Source: a bacterium
Lineage (GTDB): Bacteria; Methylomirabilota; Methylomirabilia; CAVQYV01
NCBI GenBank assembly: GCA_043800755.1
Contig: JAZDMQ010000001.1
Coordinates: forward strand, 1 to 19,880
DNA: 19,880 nucleotides
Direction of reading: 5' to 3'
Under the pieces are notes generated by a model. It was not told the DNA's origin and ran no database searches. It worked only from the letters and a program-made list of their open reading frames with translations. Positions 16,268-19,880 of the stretch are shown one piece after another (the stretch's first letter is position 1; each line of letters begins with the position of its first letter). The position numbers were made by a program, and so were the translations under genes.

Positions 16268-18208
16268 TCAGCCCACAAGCACGGGCTCGGACACCTCATC
16301 CAGTTTACGCGGCGCGTACATGATGGGCCGCAGATTGAGTTCTATCCTTTTCTTATCGATGTGGGCAATCATGAGTTGCGCTCCCTTCACCGGATCCGGC
16401 TCGAACTCGAAGCGGCCGCCGAAGATATTCTCGATATCGCCGCAGATGAAGTCCATGACTTCCTTGCTGCCCAGCACCGGCAGGTTGGTGCCGAGCACGG
16501 TGTAGACACCCGAGGCGATGACATAGAAGCCGATGGCTACCGCCTTCTCGCTCATCCATTCGGGAGCGGCGCCGGCCACCGGAAGGTCGGCAATGCTCGT
16601 TCCAAGCCCGCCCTCTTTCACCACATTGCAGCAAACGGTGAGGATGCGGCTGATGTCGACGCAGGAGCCGAGGTGGAGGATGGGAGGAATTCCGACAGCA
16701 CGGCAGATTTCCCGAAGGCCTTCACCAGCCCACTCCTCTGCTGCCTCGGGTCTCAGGAGACCGGCCTTGGCATTGGCGATGGCGGAGCAGCCCGTAGTCA
16801 GAATGATCACATCGTGGCGCAGGAGCTCCTTGGCCATTTCGACATGGCCATAGTCATGGCAATGCTTGGGGTTATTGCAGCCGACGATTGCCGCTGCCCC
16901 GCGGAGCCGACCGCTCATCACGGCGTCATTGAGTGGACGGTAGGTGGCGCGGAATTTGCCGCCGAGAAAATCGTAGATGCTCTCGGCGGTGAATCCGGCG
17001 ACGAGGTCACTCCGGATGTCGGGAATCGTCGCTTTCCCCTTGCGGTTGGGGAAGTTCTCGATGCCGGCCCGCACGATCTCCTTGGCAACCGCCATAGCGC
17101 GGTCTTCGCGGAACTCGATATGTTGGGCGTAGGGAAACTTCGCCTTGGGCGAGGTGGAGATGAAACGGGTATGGAAGCAGGAGCTGAGTTCACCGAGGGC
17201 AGGGAATACACACTGCACATCGACGACCATCGCGTCCACCGCACCGGTGGCAATGGCCAGTTCCTGCTGCAGGAAGTTGCCGGCGACGGGGATGCCATGG
17301 CGCATGAGGATCTCATTCGAGGTGCAGCAGATACCGGCGAGGGAGATGCCTTTGGCGCCCTTTTGCTTGGCGAGTTCGATGAGTTCTGGGTCCTGTGTGG
17401 CAACAACGATCATGTCCGAAAGCGTCGGTTCATGCCCATGGACAATAATATTCACCTTTTCCTCTTCCAGCACGCCGAGATTGACCTGGGACCGCAGGGG
17501 ATGTGGCAAACCAAAGAGGACATCAGAGAGCTCCGTGGCAATCATGGATCCGCCCCAGCCATCCGCGAGGGCCGCCCGAACTCCTTGCAGGATGATGTTC
17601 CGGGGGTCGTTGTCCACCCCCATGGTGGTCCGATGCATGATCTCGACAATTTCTCGATCGATTCCCCGCGGCATGACGCCGTTTTCGCGCCAGCGTCGCT
17701 GTTGATCTTGGGGGGCTCTTTTCGCGAACTGGAGCTCTCCATGTTGCTGCCCGAACTGGGAGAAGGCTCGTTCGGCCACATCACGGGCTACTTCCTCTTT
17801 GCTTCTCCCTTTCTCCGGGATGCCAAACTCACGGGCCAGAGCCCGCACTTTGCTCTCCCCCTTCACCTTGTAATCGCCCTTGCCTTCGGCGGCCATGAGG
17901 AGCGTGTGGGCAACGTCCCGCCCGTGGTCGGAGTGTGCGGCGGCACCGGCCGCAATCATCCGAGCGAGGTTTCTGGCGGCAATGATATCGGCGGTAGCGC
18001 CGCAGATGCCGCGTTTAGGACCTTCGCCAAACGGATCGATGCGGCACGGCCCCATGGTGCAAATGCGACAGCAAATTCCCAACTCCCCGAAACCGCATTG
18101 GGGCTGCATAGCATCGTAGCGATCGAAGGCCAATTCGATGCTCATACCCGAAGAAATATCGATCATGTGACAAGATGCTGCATCTATGCTGCGCTGCTTG
18201 TTGTCCAT
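16268..18208 (-). CDS. cooS: Anaerobic Ni,Fe carbon monoxide dehydrogenase catalytic subunit (CooS/AcsA)
   Basis: CGFGELGICCRICTMGPC..ICG (D/B clusters), HSDH, HGHEP, GICCT, DVQC, GCNN, TGC, GSCVD, MSEKA. Start is ATG 18208 (AAGGAG upstream); 18235 or 18277 are possible. Confidence 0.97.
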   Translation of the reverse strand: MDNKQRSIDAASCHMIDISSGMSIELAFDRYDAMQPQCGFGELGICCRICTMGPCRIDPFGEGPKRGICGATADIIAARNLARMIAAGAAAHSDHGRDVAHTLLMAAEGKGDYKVKGESKVRALAREFGIPEKGRSKEEVARDVAERAFSQFGQQHGELQFAKRAPQDQQRRWRENGVMPRGIDREIVEIMHRTTMGVDNDPRNIILQGVRAALADGWGGSMIATELSDVLFGLPHPLRSQVNLGVLEEEKVNIIVHGHEPTLSDMIVVATQDPELIELAKQKGAKGISLAGICCTSNEILMRHGIPVAGNFLQQELAIATGAVDAMVVDVQCVFPALGELSSCFHTRFISTSPKAKFPYAQHIEFREDRAMAVAKEIVRAGIENFPNRKGKATIPDIRSDLVAGFTAESIYDFLGGKFRATYRPLNDAVMSGRLRGAAAIVGCNNPKHCHDYGHVEMAKELLRHDVIILTTGCSAIANAKAGLLRPEAAEEWAGEGLREICRAVGIPPILHLGSCVDISRILTVCCNVVKEGGLGTSIADLPVAGAAPEWMSEKAVAIGFYVIASGVYTVLGTNLPVLGSKEVMDFICGDIENIFGGRFEFEPDPVKGAQLMIAHIDKKRIELNLRPIMYAPRKLDEVSEPVLVG

Positions 18209-18309
18209 TATTTCGGCATCTCCTTCCTCTGACATGTCCTTACTGTTTTTGGCCCCGGACTCCTTCGCGTCCACCACGTCTATTTATTGTTGCCTTTACA
18301 CCGCCTTCT

Positions 18310-18336
18310 ATTATATCCTTCTGTCATATTAGTCAA
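18310..18336 (-). promoter_or_regulatory. Candidate sigma70 promoter of the cooS-acs operon
   Basis: TTGACT (18336-18331) and perfect TATAAT (18315-18310), but only a 15-nt spacer. Confidence 0.4.
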
Positions 18337-18508
18337 GTTTTTTTCCCCAGTCCCGGGGAAGAATAGGACAGATTTTGGCTTTGGTGCGGGAAACGGGAGA
18401 ATTCATCCACATCCTTCTTTTTGGTGCAGCTAATAGGAATGGAGATTCACCATTTGCCTGGATACAGGATACAGATCACACAATCTTTCCCGTAAGGAGG
18501 CGACCTAA

Positions 18509-19288
18509 TTGAAGCTTGCTATTTCAGGAAAAGGTGGGACCGGTAAGACGACTTTGGCTGCGCTACTGGCCCGGACTCTTACTGAGGAGGGCCGGCCCGT
18601 CATCGCCATTGATGCAGACCCCGACGCGAATCTCGCTTCCGCTTTGGGGCTACCCCCTAAGGACTGGCCAGAGCCTATCAGCGGAATGAAGGAGCTCATC
18701 TACGAACGAACCGGCGCAAAGGGTGGTTATGGGTCATTCTTCAGAATGAATCCGGATGTACATGACCTGCCGGAGAAGTTTAGCCGAGTGGTGCACGGCG
18801 TGCGGCTGCTCGCCTTGGGGGAAGTGCCTCTGGGCGGAGGCGGCTGCATATGCCCGGAAAGCGCCCTCTTGAAAGCGCTGATCACGCACCTGCTCCTGAG
18901 ACCGGAAGAGGTGGTCATCCTGGATATGGAGGCCGGCATCGAACATCTGGGGCGCGCGACCGCCGAGGCAGTGACCATGATGATCATCGTGATCGAGCCA
19001 GGGCTGAGGAGCGTCCAAACCGCACAGACCATAAGCCGGTTAGCCAAGGATATCCGGATCGCAAAGCTCGGCGTGGTCATAAACAAAGTCGCCCCGGGAA
19101 TGGACCTGCGCCCTTTGACAAGCCATCTAATAGACCTGCCTCTCCTTGGCACTTTGTCCCTCGACCCTGCAGTAGCCCTGGCCGACTTTGAAGGTCGCTC
19201 TCCTTTCACCGGAAAGGATCCACAGAAGAAGGAAGTGCGGGCTATTCTGGAGGCAATTCTCTCCCAGGGTGGCGAAAAGGGGAGGTAA
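18509..19288 (+). CDS. cooC: CooC nickel-insertion ATPase (CODH maturase)
   Basis: MKLAISGKGGTGKTT, IDADPDANL, GGGGCICPE, DMEAGIEHLGR. TTG start with AAGGAGG RBS; divergent from cooS. Confidence 0.93.
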   Translation: MKLAISGKGGTGKTTLAALLARTLTEEGRPVIAIDADPDANLASALGLPPKDWPEPISGMKELIYERTGAKGGYGSFFRMNPDVHDLPEKFSRVVHGVRLLALGEVPLGGGGCICPESALLKALITHLLLRPEEVVILDMEAGIEHLGRATAEAVTMMIIVIEPGLRSVQTAQTISRLAKDIRIAKLGVVINKVAPGMDLRPLTSHLIDLPLLGTLSLDPAVALADFEGRSPFTGKDPQKKEVRAILEAILSQGGEKGR

Positions 19289-19595
19289 TTAGCAATTTCC
19301 CGAGCGGAGTCGGCTGCCATGCAACCACGAAATGGTCACGTAATTGCAACCTGATGCCCATCCATGATTTCTCTCATTTCCTGGGACCTTTGGGTTATGG
19401 GCCAACCGTTAAGAATAGAACAGTCTGGAGCACGCTGGAAAAACCCTTCGAATTTTAACCTAACTTCCGCGGCGACCAGGTCGTTTTGGGCTTTTTCTGC
19501 CCTGGTCACGTGTGTAAGTCCTTGTTTTCTCGAGTGCGGGCCTCCGAAAATTGCCATAATAGTGACGAAGTGATCTAAAATATTACTTGGCATAA

Positions 19596-19731
19596 ACGGA
19601 TCATCTGCTCGTTGGGGGAGTCTGGCCCCCGGAGCACTGGCGCCAGCTCGCCCACAAGCTGGACGCGGCCCTCGCGGGGCAGTTGTCGCTGGCCGGGACG
19701 GAGGCCCCGCTGGACCCCGGCAAACACAAGT
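19596..19731 (+). pseudogene. Orphan GC-rich coding-like fragment running into the element's left end
   Basis: Open frame TDHLLVGGVWPPEHWRQLAHKLDAALAGQLSLAGTEAPLDPGKHK with strongly GC3-biased codons, preceded by an in-frame TAA (19593-19595) and no clear start. Confidence 0.35.
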
Positions 19732-19758
19732 GGGGTCAACACAAACAAGTGGGGTCAA
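19723..19758 (+). repeat. Nested junction duplication at the left element end
   Basis: ACAAGTGGGGTCAA at 19726-19739 and 19745-19758. AACACAA at 19723 and 19738. Confidence 0.88.
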
Positions 19759-19880
19759 ATCTTTATTCTTGAGTCAATTTCCCTTTGATTCCCTCCATCC
19801 GCGCCGCCAGGCCTTTACCTTTTCCCAACAGGGTGTGCAGCTTCTTCCGGCCGACACTCACTGAACTATAATCGATTCCC
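19740..19880 (+). repeat. Terminal direct repeat, copy 2 (left IR and 3' end of the transposase gene)
   Basis: Identical to 1-141. Confidence 0.97.

Noticed and set aside
15761-18232. 823-aa plus-strand ORF antisense to cooS/cooF
   Set aside because: Shadow frame of a GC-rich, codon-biased gene. It has no recognisable motifs, and the minus strand carries all CODH ligands.
18509-19288. CooC proteins as ParA plasmid-partition ATPases supporting a plasmid
   Set aside because: CxC and EAG(M/I)EHL motifs and the context identify CooC/AcsF; no parB or rep seen.
19620-19700. WPPEHWRQLAHKL as a glycosyltransferase family 9 fragment
   Set aside because: Resembles the GT9 KRWP.E.W..LA motif but lacks the KR and surrounding context; too short to assign.
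19336-19758. 140-aa minus-strand ORF
   Set aside because: Starts inside the IR stutter and has a low-complexity Pro/Ala/Arg N-terminus. A faint PAS-like stretch is too weak to call.

Overview
Most of this window (2413-18277, minus strand) is one co-oriented operon for the carbonyl branch of the Wood-Ljungdahl pathway: cooS/acsA, cooF, a HydC/HydB/HydA(N-terminal)-like NuoEFG diaphorase trio, acsB, acsC, acsV (RACo), cooC2/acsF, acsD, acsE, a DUF3786 protein and a stand-alone BioD-like/DRTGG protein. A second cooC is transcribed divergently (18509-19288). No methyl-branch genes are present. At the left end is a RAYT-like HUH/Y1 transposase with a C-terminal DnaA_C-like HTH, bounded by perfect 22-bp inverted repeats that carry nested micro-duplications on their outer sides. 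Bases 1-141 are identical to 19740-19880, so the contig closes on itself (a circle, a tandem unit, or a repeat-collapsed assembly loop). The two most notable points are a candidate electron-bifurcating NAD(P)H/ferredoxin module with no catalytic domain of its own placed between CODH and ACS, and the possibility that the whole cluster is a ~19.7-kb HUH-associated mobile unit. Region 1075-2412 holds gene remnants and a two-copy structured repeat. All protein calls come from motif recognition, with no database searches.
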